A stretch of 64,000 bases of DNA from an uncultured Flavobacteriaceae bacterium (GTDB lineage: Bacteria > Bacteroidota > Bacteroidia > Flavobacteriales > Flavobacteriaceae): contig CAJJCA010000008.1 in assembly GCA_905182575.1 (NCBI GenBank), forward strand, positions 1,174 to 65,173, written 5' to 3'. The position numbers and the translations under genes are program-made. Shown piece after piece: positions 45,032 through 54,888 of the stretch. Position 1 is the first letter of the stretch; each line of letters begins with the position of its first letter. The notes under the pieces were generated by a model that saw only the letters and a program-made list of their open reading frames with translations, searched no databases and was not told where the DNA came from.

Positions 45032-47648
45032 ATGGAAGATTTTAATGAAAATACAAATACAGCAGATCCAAATTTGGATGGTGATTCTCTGGTAAAAATC
45101 ACCGGCATGTACAAGGATTGGTTCTTGGATTATGCTTCATACGTAATCCTGGAAAGGGCTGTTCCTGCAATCAATGACGGTTTAAAACCCGTGCAGCGTC
45201 GTATTCTTCATTCCATGAAAGATCTTGACGATGGCCGCTATAATAAAGTAGCGAATATTGTTGGTCATACCATGCAATATCACCCCCACGGTGATGCAAG
45301 TATTGCTGACGCAATGGTGCAAGTAGGTCAAAAGGAGTTAATGATTGATGCGCAAGGAAACTGGGGTAACATCTTAACTGGTGACCGAGCTGCAGCATCA
45401 AGGTACATCGAAGCGCGGTTGTCCAAATTTGCTTTGGAGGTTGTTTTTAGTCCTAAAGTGACCAAATGGCAACTTTCCTATGACGGTAGAAAAAAAGAAC
45501 CGGTTCATCTGCCCGTTAAATTCCCGCTCTTATTGGCACAAGGTGCCGAAGGTATTGCGGTGGGACTTTCAACCAAAATATTACCCCATAATTTTATTGA
45601 GTTAATTAATGCGTCAATTCAACATCTAAAAGGGAAAGGTTTTACGATTCATCCAGATTTTCAAACAGGTGGAATAATAGACGTACAAAATTACAATGAC
45701 GGAAACCGAGGGGGTAAAATAAGAGCAAGGGCTAAAATCAGTCAGTTGGATAAGAGTACTTTGGTGATTAATGAAATCCCATACGGAACAACGACTTCTG
45801 GGCTTATTGAAAACATCCTTAAAGCCAATGAGCGGGGAAAAATTAAGATCAAAAAAATTGAAGACAATACTGCAGCGGCTGTAGAAATATTGATTCATTT
45901 ACCTTCTGACATTTCTCCCGATAAAACCATTGATGCACTTTATGCTTTTACCGATTGTGAAAACTCAATTTCTCCTTTGGGTTGTGTCATTATAGACAAC
46001 AAACCTAATTTCATTGGTGTTAGTGAAATGCTTAGGCTATCGACTGATAACACGGTTGAATTGCTTAAAAAGGAACTAGAAGTTCAACTTGGAGAATTAG
46101 AAAGTCAATGGCATTATGCCTCTTTAGAGCGAATTTTTATTGAAAACAGAATTTATCGTGATATTGAAGAAGTTTCCACTTGGGAAGGGGTACTTAAGGC
46201 TATTGATGATGGATTAAAGTCTTTTACTAAAAATCTGAAACGTGCGGTAATTGAAGAAGATTTAGTTCGTTTGACTGAAATTAGAATTAAGAGGATTTCG
46301 AAGTTTGACATTGACAAGGCCCAACAAAAAATAGATGCGTTAGAAGCAGACATCGCTGAGGTTAAAAATAATTTAGAACACCTTATAGGTTATGCCATTC
46401 GTTATTTCAAACATTTGATTAAAACCTATGGTAGCGGGAAAGAAAGGAAATCGGAAATAAGAATTTTTGATGAGGTGGATGCCAACCAAGGTTGTGGTTC
46501 GAAATCTTAAGCTTATACATGTGAATAGAGAAGAAGGGTTTATTGGAACTTCTCTTAAAGAAAGACGAGTATCTGTGCGATTGCTGCGGACATAGATGAT
46601 ATTATTGTATTCACTTCTGATGGTAAAATGCAGGTGGTTAAAGTAGACAGTAAGGTTTTTGTTGGAAAAGAAATCATTCATGCTTCGATCTTTAAAAAGA
46701 ATGATACCCGCACGATTTACAATATGGTCTACAGGGATGGAGCAAAAGGAACCTCTTTTATAAAAAGATTTGCCGTTAAGGGAGTTAATAGGGACAAGGC
46801 CTATGACATGAGTCAAGGAAAAGCTGGTTCAAAGGTGCTCTATTTTACTGCAAACCTAAATGGTGAAGCTGAGGTGATCACTATACTACTCAGAAGTGTT
46901 GGAAGTGTTAAAAAATTAAAATGGGATTTGGACTTTGCAGATCTTCAAATAAAAGGAAGGGCCGTAAAGGGGAACACCGTAAGTAAATATTCTATTCTTC
47001 GTATTGAACTCAAAGAAAAAGGAGTTTCGACGTTGAAACCTAGAGACATTTGGTTTGATGAAACCATAAGGCGGCTAAATTTTGATGATCGCGGTACACA
47101 TTCTGGGTGCTTTCAAAGGGGAAGACAAACTCCTGATCGTTAGTAAAGGAGGAGCAGCAAAAGTTGTTGCACCCGAATTGAGCTTGCATTTTGATGATGA
47201 CATGCTGCGATTAGAAAAATGGGTTCCTGAGAAACCACTAACAGCAGTTTATTTTGATCCAGAGAAAAGTCGCTATTTTATTAAACGTTTTCTAATCGAA
47301 AGTGAAAACAAAGAAGACGATTTCGTGAAACCCGAAGGAGAGTTGATTTTTTTCAATTCTGATTGGAGACCCGTTATAACAGTTGATTTTGTTAAACCAA
47401 AAGGAAAAGAGCCACTAACGTCCTTGGAAATAAATGCAGAAGAGTTTATCTCAATCAAAGGATACAAAGCACTGGGAAATCAATTAACAGATAAGAACGT
47501 CAAAGCTATTACTTTGAAAGAATTATTGCCCTATGACGATCAGCCGGAGGATGTTAACGAAATTGAAGTTCATAAAGAGGACGTTAATGCTAAGGATGAA
47601 ATCACTCCTGAAGAGGATGAGGAATCACAAATTAAACTTGATTTTTAG
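45032..47648 (+). pseudogene. parC: DNA topoisomerase IV subunit A, at least 4 frame breaks
   Basis: DGLKPVQRRIL, catalytic AASRYIEARL and a beta-pinwheel C-terminal domain. There are three shifts within about 46470-46600 (TKVVVRNLKLIHVNREEGFIGTSLK / DEYLCDC / DIDDIIVFTSDGK in different frames) and one near 47095. Confidence 0.85.
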
Positions 47649-47650
47649 AC

Positions 47651-48019
47651 TTACTTAATTTTTTTAATAGTGCCGCGCTGTTTGTTTTTGGCGTCGCCTA
47701 CCATTGAATATTCAAATACGTAAGCGTTTTTCTCTGTAGACAGAATCTTTATCTGAACAGGACGCTTGTCTTGATTTGAAGTTGGATTAAGTTTTGTCAA
47801 TATACATTCGCAATCATTTACCCATCTGATAGCAGCTGAGTCTATAACCCCTTCATAGGTCTCGATTTCAAGATTGGCAGTACGAAGGAAGTAAGACGTC
47901 TTCATTTCGTCATTAACAATAGTGGTAAACTCAAATGCTCCTTGATGAAAGGGCAAACAATCGCGCTCCACAGAATAACAAGAAGCAAAAAAGAGAAATA
48001 TTAGAATTAAATAGCGCAT
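47651..48019 (-). CDS. Putative lipoprotein (122 aa)
   Basis: Signal peptide with lipobox-like LFFASC. I recognise no domain. Confidence 0.45.
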   Translation of the reverse strand: MRYLILIFLFFASCYSVERDCLPFHQGAFEFTTIVNDEMKTSYFLRTANLEIETYEGVIDSAAIRWVNDCECILTKLNPTSNQDKRPVQIKILSTEKNAYVFEYSMVGDAKNKQRGTIKKIK

Positions 48020-48098
48020 TATTTTTTTAGTAAAAATAATTAAGTTTTTGGTTTAAAGCGTTCAAATGTTCCGTCTTCATAGAAATAAACTATTTCTT

Positions 48099-48467
48099 TT
48101 AGAGTAATTTCGCTTTTTGGGGTGATTGTTTGCTTGTTAATGATATTCTCTGTAAATGTCTCGCTTTTAGTTTTGGGTGAGTCATAGCATTTGCCGGATT
48201 AATTTTTTCTGATTTAAATAGATCAAGATCTTGAACCTCGCGGGGCAGGGAAGTGGTCGTTCCTAAAATTAACCATTCTAAAGCAACTTCATCAAATGAC
48301 TCATAAACCTTCATTAAAAAGTCAAGACTAGGTTTGTTCCTTCCTGAAAGAATGTGTGAAATGGCAGATCGTTGTACCCCAATTTTTGTTGCAAATGAGG
48401 CAGCAGACAGGTTGTGATTTGCCATTGTTCTCTCAAGTCTATTGATTACCTCAGTAGTGTTTAACAT
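48099..48467 (-). CDS. XRE-family helix-turn-helix transcriptional regulator
   Basis: HTH string SAASFATKIGVQRSAISHILSGRNKPSLDFLMKV. ATG at 48465-48467. Confidence 0.7.
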   Translation of the reverse strand: MLNTTEVINRLERTMANHNLSAASFATKIGVQRSAISHILSGRNKPSLDFLMKVYESFDEVALEWLILGTTTSLPREVQDLDLFKSEKINPANAMTHPKLKARHLQRISLTSKQSPQKAKLL

Positions 48468-48616
48468 TGTAAACAAGTTTAATTATACTGCAATTTAACT
48501 ATATAAAAGGACATGAGCAAATAGCCTTTAAATCAATATTATTTAAACTTTTAATTTAGATATTTAATATAATAACATGATAATTAGTTTATTAACATTA
48601 ATTAAGTAAAAACTAG

Positions 48617-48720
48617 TTACACTTGTGTACAAAGGGAGGGTCAAACCAAGTTAATTTGTATATAAATGTAAATTACACTTGTTTATAATTGTAAACTTTG
48701 ACTTGTTTACATTTGTATAA
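48617..48720. promoter_or_regulatory. Repeat-rich divergent control region between the HTH regulator and the M14 peptidase gene
   Basis: Three direct copies of ACTTGTnTAy lie at 48621-48630, 48677-48686 and 48701-48710; the first two extend to TTACACTTGT. The inverted repeat TGTAAAC (48690-48696) / GTTTACA (48705-48711) has an 8-nt spacer. A TAnnTTTG -7-type box, TACATTTG (48708-48715), lies 16 nt before the GTG start. Confidence 0.35.
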
Positions 48721-48730
48721 AAAATTATAA

Positions 48731-49816
48731 GTGAATTTTATTGATCGTTATTTACCACCCTCTAGATTCAATTCTGTTTTAGAGAGTTTACCTAAACAAT
48801 TCAAATTATCAGAGATTGGAAAATCTGTTCTTAATCAACCCATTTATGGAATTAAAATAGGTTCTGGTAAAACGAAAATTTTGATGTGGTCACAAATGCA
48901 TGGCAATGAATCGACAACGACCAAGGTCATTTACGATCTAATTCTTTCCTTAAGCGATTCAGATAGGTCAATTTCAGTTGAAGGGCTAACTCTTTATATT
49001 ATACCGCAACTTAATCCTGACGGCGCTGAAGCCTACACACGGTTAAATGCCAATGCGGTTGACCTCAACAGGGATGCCCTTGATCTCTCGCAGCCAGAAA
49101 GCAAGGTTTTAAGAAAAGTGTTTGAAGATTTTAAACCAGACTTCTGCTTTAACCTCCATGGACAAAGAACCATTTTTTCAGCAGGTAAAAAAGGGAAATC
49201 AGCTACGGTTTCATTTCTTGCCCCAGCTGCTGATGCAGAAAGTAGCGTCACCTCTGCTAGGAAAGAAGCAATGCAAGTGATAGCAGCAATGAACAATCAA
49301 TTACAGCAAAGTATTCCAGGCCAAATAGGTCGATTTGATGATACTTTCAATCACAACTGTGTAGGGGACTACTTCTCTTGTGAGGGAGTTCCAACGATTT
49401 TGTTTGAAGCTGGTCATTATTCAAATGATTACAATCGAAATATTACTCGAAAATTCGTTTTAGATGCCCTTGAATGCGCCTTTGATGTGATTCAAAATAA
49501 AATCCATTTGGGTTATTCTGTTTCAGAGTATCTCAAAATACCTGAAAATCATCAAGATTACGTTGACATTTTATGCAAGAATGTAACAATAAAAGAGGGT
49601 ACTAAAGTATTTTATAATCAAGAAATGGCAGTCCAATTCATTGAGGAATTAGAAGGAGATAAAATTAAATTTCAACCGAGTTTTCACTCCTTCGGAGATC
49701 GGATTGAACTGTTGGCACATAAAACAATTGATTTTGAAGGTAGCTCTAGACCTTTATTGTTCCACTTTGCGCAAGGTGAGAATGTTGATAATGAGATGTT
49801 TTTAGGTTTTTACTAA
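48731..49816 (+). CDS. M14-family zinc carboxypeptidase-like protein
   Basis: HGNEST zinc motif (HxxE), NPDG, NRD and a later His. GTG start, no signal peptide seen. Confidence 0.7.
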   Translation: MNFIDRYLPPSRFNSVLESLPKQFKLSEIGKSVLNQPIYGIKIGSGKTKILMWSQMHGNESTTTKVIYDLILSLSDSDRSISVEGLTLYIIPQLNPDGAEAYTRLNANAVDLNRDALDLSQPESKVLRKVFEDFKPDFCFNLHGQRTIFSAGKKGKSATVSFLAPAADAESSVTSARKEAMQVIAAMNNQLQQSIPGQIGRFDDTFNHNCVGDYFSCEGVPTILFEAGHYSNDYNRNITRKFVLDALECAFDVIQNKIHLGYSVSEYLKIPENHQDYVDILCKNVTIKEGTKVFYNQEMAVQFIEELEGDKIKFQPSFHSFGDRIELLAHKTIDFEGSSRPLLFHFAQGENVDNEMFLGFY

Positions 49817-49892
49817 TTATAAATCAATAATTTCACTGATCTACCAATTAATATTCAACATTTTCATTAAATTTGTTACCTAAACAAACTAG

Positions 49893-50372
49893 ATGAATAA
49901 AGTAAAACTAGACGAGGTAGATCACCAAATCCTTGATATTCTAATTGATAATACACGAGTTCCTTTCACAGATATAGCAAAACGTTTGTTTATTTCTGCT
50001 GGAACAGTTCATGTTAGGGTAAAGAAAATGGAAGATGCTGGAATTATTAAAGGATCATCGCTTAATTTAGACTATGTTAAGTTAGGGTATTCTTTTATCG
50101 CTTATGTTGGTATTTTTCTTCAGAAAACCCAACGTATCGCAGAAGTTTTGGTAGATTTGAATAAAATACCATTTGTCACTGTAGCCCATATCACAACAGG
50201 TAAATTTAACATTTTTTGTAAGGTAAGAGCTCATGACACTAAACATGCAAAAGATATCATTTTTATGATCGATGATATTGATGGTGTTTCAAGAACAGAA
50301 ACGATGATTTCGCTAGAAGAAAGTATTAACGACAAGAAAAGATTAATGCACCGAATTTTTAATGATCTATAA
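49893..50372 (+). CDS. Lrp/AsnC-family transcriptional regulator
   Basis: N-terminal HTH (LDEVDHQILDILIDNTRVPFTDIAKRLFISAGTVHVRVKKM) plus an RAM/ACT-like C-terminal domain. Confidence 0.9.
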   Translation: MNKVKLDEVDHQILDILIDNTRVPFTDIAKRLFISAGTVHVRVKKMEDAGIIKGSSLNLDYVKLGYSFIAYVGIFLQKTQRIAEVLVDLNKIPFVTVAHITTGKFNIFCKVRAHDTKHAKDIIFMIDDIDGVSRTETMISLEESINDKKRLMHRIFNDL

Positions 50373-50389
50373 TATACATAAACAAATCA

Positions 50390-52962
50390 ATGGCTAGAAA
50401 ACCTAAAATCGAGAGATTTAATGAACGTGTACTTTCTAAATTTCAAATTTACAATAGTCTTTTTCTAACCTTACCTTTTGATTCCATTCGTAACACTTCC
50501 GTCCTATTGCCTTTATTCGCGGATCATTGTAAAACGGGTTATGAACAAAATCTGAACCCGAAAGAGATAACAACTACTTTTTTCTCGCGCTACTTACCAG
50601 AATATGACAAAGAGAAACAAGTTGATCTCCTATTTCAATTCATTCAATTTATAGAACGCCAAGTTGTTCTGTTTGATGCCATAGAGGATTCTGCATTCGG
50701 TTATGTTAATAACATGCACGGTAGGGGGACGCTTCGTCACATCAAAGAAGAAGCAACAGCCAACAATAAAATGGATGCGTTAAAAGATTATTTAAACCGT
50801 TTTAAGGTTCGAATAGTCCTTACTGCTCATCCAACTCAGTTTTACCCCGGAAGCGTCTTAGGCATTATTAATGACCTTTCTGACGCAATTGACACGGATA
50901 AAACCGAAGAGGTGAAGCTTTTACTTACTCAGTTGGGGAAAACGAGGTTTTATAAAAAAACTAAACCTTCTCCATTTGATGAAGCGATTAGCTTAATTTG
51001 GTACCTTGAGAACGTTTTTTATCATTCTGCGAGTAAAATTTTCACTTACCTTCAAAGCCATGTTTTTGGCAAAGATCAATATTGATAATTCAATTTTTGA
51101 TTTTGGATTTTGGCCAGGTGGAGACCGTGATGGTAATCCTTACGTTACTCCAGAAATAACACTAAAAACAGCACAAAGCCTAAGGTTTTCGATACTAAGA
51201 AACTACTTTAGAGAGCTTAGGAAAATCAAAAGAAAACTAACATTTGATAATCTAGAAGACAAAGTTGATGCCTTAGAGAATGACCTCTATGCAATGCTAT
51301 TTTCTAAAACCAAGCCACAGTATTTTACTCTTGAATATTTTCATGATAAGTTAGAAGAAATTCATCAAATAATAGTCAAATATAATTTTATAGGTGACAG
51401 TTTAGATTTGTATCCTCTCGATAAAGTTAAAATTTTTGGTTTTCACTTTGCTAGTTTGGACATTAGGCAAGATTCAAGAGTTCATAAAACAGTTTTTGAT
51501 GAGATTTTTACACATCCCGAAATTTCAAAATATGTAGAAAACTTCCCGGCTAATTATTATGAATTAGCTACAGAAGCTAATAATTTAAGTGAGATCGAGA
51601 TTCAGTTGATATTTTTGAGTCTACTATTACTAAAGAAACCCTTGGGAGTATTCGGGCGATGCGTGAAATTCAAAAGCTCAATGGAGAAAGAGGTTGCAAC
51701 AGATACATTATCAGTAATTGTCAGTCACTCGAAAATATATTAGAGATTTTTGCCATTCATAAAATCTGCGATTGGGAACAACCAACAGTTGACATAATAC
51801 CATTGTTTGAAACGATACCTGATTTGAATGTATGCGAAGAGATAATGAGGTCTTTGTATGAAAACTCGGTATACAGAAGTCACCTTAAAGCCGAAACATG
51901 AAACAAACCATTATGCTTGGTTTCTCTGACGGAACTAAAGATGGGGGTTATTTTATGGCGAATTGGAGTATCTATAAAGCCAAAGAGGATTTAACACAGC
52001 TTTCAAAACAATATGGATTGAATGTTGCCTTTTTTGACGGTAGAGGAGGTCCCCCCGCTCGTGGTGGTGGAAACACGCACCAATTCTATGCGTCCATGGG
52101 TAATAAGATCCAAGCTGATGACATTCAACTGACCGTTCAGGGGCAAACCATCAGTTCTAATTTTGGAACTGAAGATTCTTGTCAATATAATTTAGAGCAA
52201 CTTTTAAGTTCTGGAATTCAAAATCAAGTTTTTAATTCCGAGCGAAGTAATCTCAAGGATGACGACAGAGAAACTCTAACGATTCTTGCGAGCGAAAGTC
52301 ATGATAAATATCAAAATTTCAAGTCTCACCCTGATTTTCTAGCTTATTTAGAAGAAATGACCACGCTGCGTTATTATTCAAAAGCGAATATTGGAAGTCG
52401 TCCTTCGAAGAGAGGCTCGTCTAGTAAACTTGACTTTTCAGATCTAAGAGCAATTCCTTTTGTGGGAAGTTGGAGTCAATCCAAGCAGAATGTCCCTGGT
52501 TTCTTTGGGGTTGGAACGGCATTGAAATCATTTGAAGCAAATGGTGAATTTGAGCGTGTGACTCAATTGTATGAAAGATGTTCCTTCTTTAAAACGTTAA
52601 TTGCAAACAGCATGATGAGTTTAACGAAATCATTTTTCGCTTTAACAGCTCACATGCAAAATGATCCGAGATTTGGCGAATTCTGGAATGTGATTCATGA
52701 CGAATATCTTTTAACTAAAGATATGATCATAAAGCTCACAGGCTTAAATGACTTAATGGAAAATGAGCAAACAGGTAAGGCTTCGATAAAAGTTAGAGAA
52801 GAAATCGTGCAGCCGTTATTAACAATTCAGCAGTATGCGCTCATGACCATACAAGAGTCTAAAACCACAGGTGCTGTCTCTGAAGAGATGATTGCGCTTT
52901 ATGAAAAAATGGTAACAAGATCTTTGTTTGGAAATATTAATGCAAGCAGAAATTCTGCTTAA
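50390..52962 (+). pseudogene. ppc: Phosphoenolpyruvate carboxylase, 3 frame breaks
   Basis: LTAHPTQ, GDRDGNP, GFSDGTKDGGY, FDGRGGPPARGGG and C-terminal NASRNSA are present in four colinear ORFs. Breaks are near 51040-51085, 51680-51740 and 51895. Confidence 0.85.
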
Positions 52963-54042
52963 GTCTTTTTGATAATAATTAAAAGCATCTTCAAAATAGG
53001 AGTCCTCGATTTGAATATCAATCACAGGGATTCCTATTTTGTTTAATAAAACAAACTTCACTTTCCCGTGGCTGTTTTTCTTGTCATATTTTAACAACGC
53101 AAGAATTTCTTGAATGTCCTCTTTAGAAAAATCAACTTTTGGGAATAGATTTAAGAAAACGCTTTTGATTTCATCAGCTTCAGAAGAACTGAGCTCACAG
53201 AGCTGCGTGGCCAAATAAGCTTCTAGTATCATGCCTACTGCTATGGCTTCTCCATGTAGAAGTGCTGTTTTATTTGAATCTGTCAGGAAGAAAGATTCGA
53301 TTGCATGACCCAGTGTATGTCCAAAATTTAAAATCTTCCTTCTGCCCATTTCATAAGGATCCTCGATTACCACCTCTTTTTTTATCATTACCGAGTGGTG
53401 TATGTGTGGTAGAATATTCTCTTCATCAAGACCTTTAAATTGAGATAATTCTCTAAAATAAGAAGCATCACAAATTAGACCATGTTTTAACATTTCAGAA
53501 TAGCCACTTTTGTATTCGTTTTTTGGTAAGGTCTTTAAGAATTCAGAATCAACAATAACCAATTGGGGATTTACAATAACACCAATTTGATTTTTAAGCC
53601 CTCCCAAGTCAACACCTGTTTTTCCTCCAACCGAAGCGTCTACCATAGAAAGCAGGGTCGTGGGGATGTTTACAAAATCAATTCCTCTCTTAAAAGTCGA
53701 TGCAACAAATCCGCCAAGATCTGTGACAACGCCACCTCCCAAATTGATGAGCAAACTTTTTCTATCTGCACCCATGTCGGAAAGTTTCTGCCAAACATCA
53801 CGACAGGTATCCAAATGCTTATTTATTTCATTGGCAGGTATTTCGATCACAGAGATTTCCTTCAAGTCTTCAAAATGTTCAAGAAAATAGGCGAGGCACA
53901 GGGCTTTCGTATGATTATCAACTAAAATAAAAATTGATGAATAGGATTTTCTTTCTAATAAATTATTAAGCGCAACATATCCGTTTTCTGAGAAAGTCAC
54001 CTCGTAATTTGATCCCTCGATTGATTTTAAATTTTCACTCAT
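52819..54042 (-). CDS. aroB: 3-dehydroquinate synthase with an abnormal ~50-codon C-terminal extension
   Basis: GGGVVTDLGGFVA, DASVGGKTG and HGEAIAVGM motifs. The normal-looking end is ...FEDAFNYYQK near 52966. The listed ORF then runs 144 nt into the 3' end of convergent ppc. Confidence 0.85.
   Translation of the reverse strand: MSENLKSIEGSNYEVTFSENGYVALNNLLERKSYSSIFILVDNHTKALCLAYFLEHFEDLKEISVIEIPANEINKHLDTCRDVWQKLSDMGADRKSLLINLGGGVVTDLGGFVASTFKRGIDFVNIPTTLLSMVDASVGGKTGVDLGGLKNQIGVIVNPQLVIVDSEFLKTLPKNEYKSGYSEMLKHGLICDASYFRELSQFKGLDEENILPHIHHSVMIKKEVVIEDPYEMGRRKILNFGHTLGHAIESFFLTDSNKTALLHGEAIAVGMILEAYLATQLCELSSSEADEIKSVFLNLFPKVDFSKEDIQEILALLKYDKKNSHGKVKFVLLNKIGIPVIDIQIEDSYFEDAFNYYQKDLSRISACINISKQRSCYHFFIKRNHLFRDSTCGFRLLYGHERILLNC
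52944..52960. terminator. Short perfect hairpin at the ppc / aroB convergence point
   Basis: AAGCAGA-aat-TCTGCTT gives a 7-bp stem and 3-nt loop. A T5 run follows 5 nt downstream on the + strand. It is weak and lies within the last ppc codons. Confidence 0.2.
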
Positions 54043-54088
54043 GTTTACAAAAATAAGTTTTTATTTTAATAAATCAATTGGGTGAGTT

Positions 54089-54463
54089 TTATTCAGAGAA
54101 ATTCTTGCTTAATTGAATGATATTAATCGTTTCCTCACAGTTTTCTAATTCAACATTAATGTTTTTATCCTCCCAATAACCAGTTAGATAATAGGTTTTG
54201 CAACTGTCTTTTTCTCTGGCACTCTTGCCAAAATCAACACTTGCCATTTTTAAAAATGATTGAAATGCAATGGAATCAAAACTTGAAAACTCACTGTTAG
54301 TATGGTCAATGGATCCCCAATTTTTTTTTGAGATATTGCTTATAACACGATCATTGGGGCCATAATTACAACTTGTTTTTTTACCCTTCAAAACGAAAGA
54401 CAGAAAAACCAATCCGACTGCAAACCCCATGAGATAATACCCAATTCTATAGATTAATTTCAT
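54089..54463 (-). CDS. Hypothetical membrane-anchored protein (124 aa)
   Basis: One N-terminal TM helix and no recognised domain. It is tightly packed after tsaE. Confidence 0.4.
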   Translation of the reverse strand: MKLIYRIGYYLMGFAVGLVFLSFVLKGKKTSCNYGPNDRVISNISKKNWGSIDHTNSEFSSFDSIAFQSFLKMASVDFGKSAREKDSCKTYYLTGYWEDKNINVELENCEETINIIQLSKNFSE

Positions 54464-54465
54464 TG

Positions 54466-54879
54466 TTATTTTTTTAATTCTAAAACTCTTTTATTGTCAG
54501 CTGCTAAAGAAATTTCAACAATATGAATATTTTCCTGAGGAAGTAACGATTCAATTTTCTCACCCCATTCAATGAGGCAAATCTGTCCGGAATCTAAATA
54601 TTCCTCGACCCCGATATCCAGCGCTTCTTTCGCATCTTCCATGCGATAGAAATCAAAATGAAAAACACTGCCTTTTGAAGCGCTTTTATATTGATTTATA
54701 ATCGAAAAAGTGGGGCTGCTTATGTTGTCTATAACTCCCCATTCTAGGCAAAGTTGACGAATAAAGGTAGTTTTTCCAGCACCTAAACCCCCATTGAAAC
54801 AAACAATCGGATGGATTATTTTTTCGCTTAGAAGTACAACAGCCTTATTGATTTCATTTAAACTAAATTCAATTTTCAT
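54466..54879 (-). CDS. tsaE: tRNA t6A biosynthesis ATPase TsaE
   Basis: GGLGAGKTTFIR P-loop, SPTFSI and HFDFYR motifs. Confidence 0.85.
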   Translation of the reverse strand: MKIEFSLNEINKAVVLLSEKIIHPIVCFNGGLGAGKTTFIRQLCLEWGVIDNISSPTFSIINQYKSASKGSVFHFDFYRMEDAKEALDIGVEEYLDSGQICLIEWGEKIESLLPQENIHIVEISLAADNKRVLELKK

Positions 54880-54888
54880 GAAACAAAT

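Noticed and set aside
46496-46506. GGTTCGAAATC, resembling a tRNA T-loop.
   Set aside because: It lies inside parC coding sequence, with no acceptor, anticodon or D-arm pairing around it. I found no tRNA-like cloverleaf anywhere in the intergenic regions.
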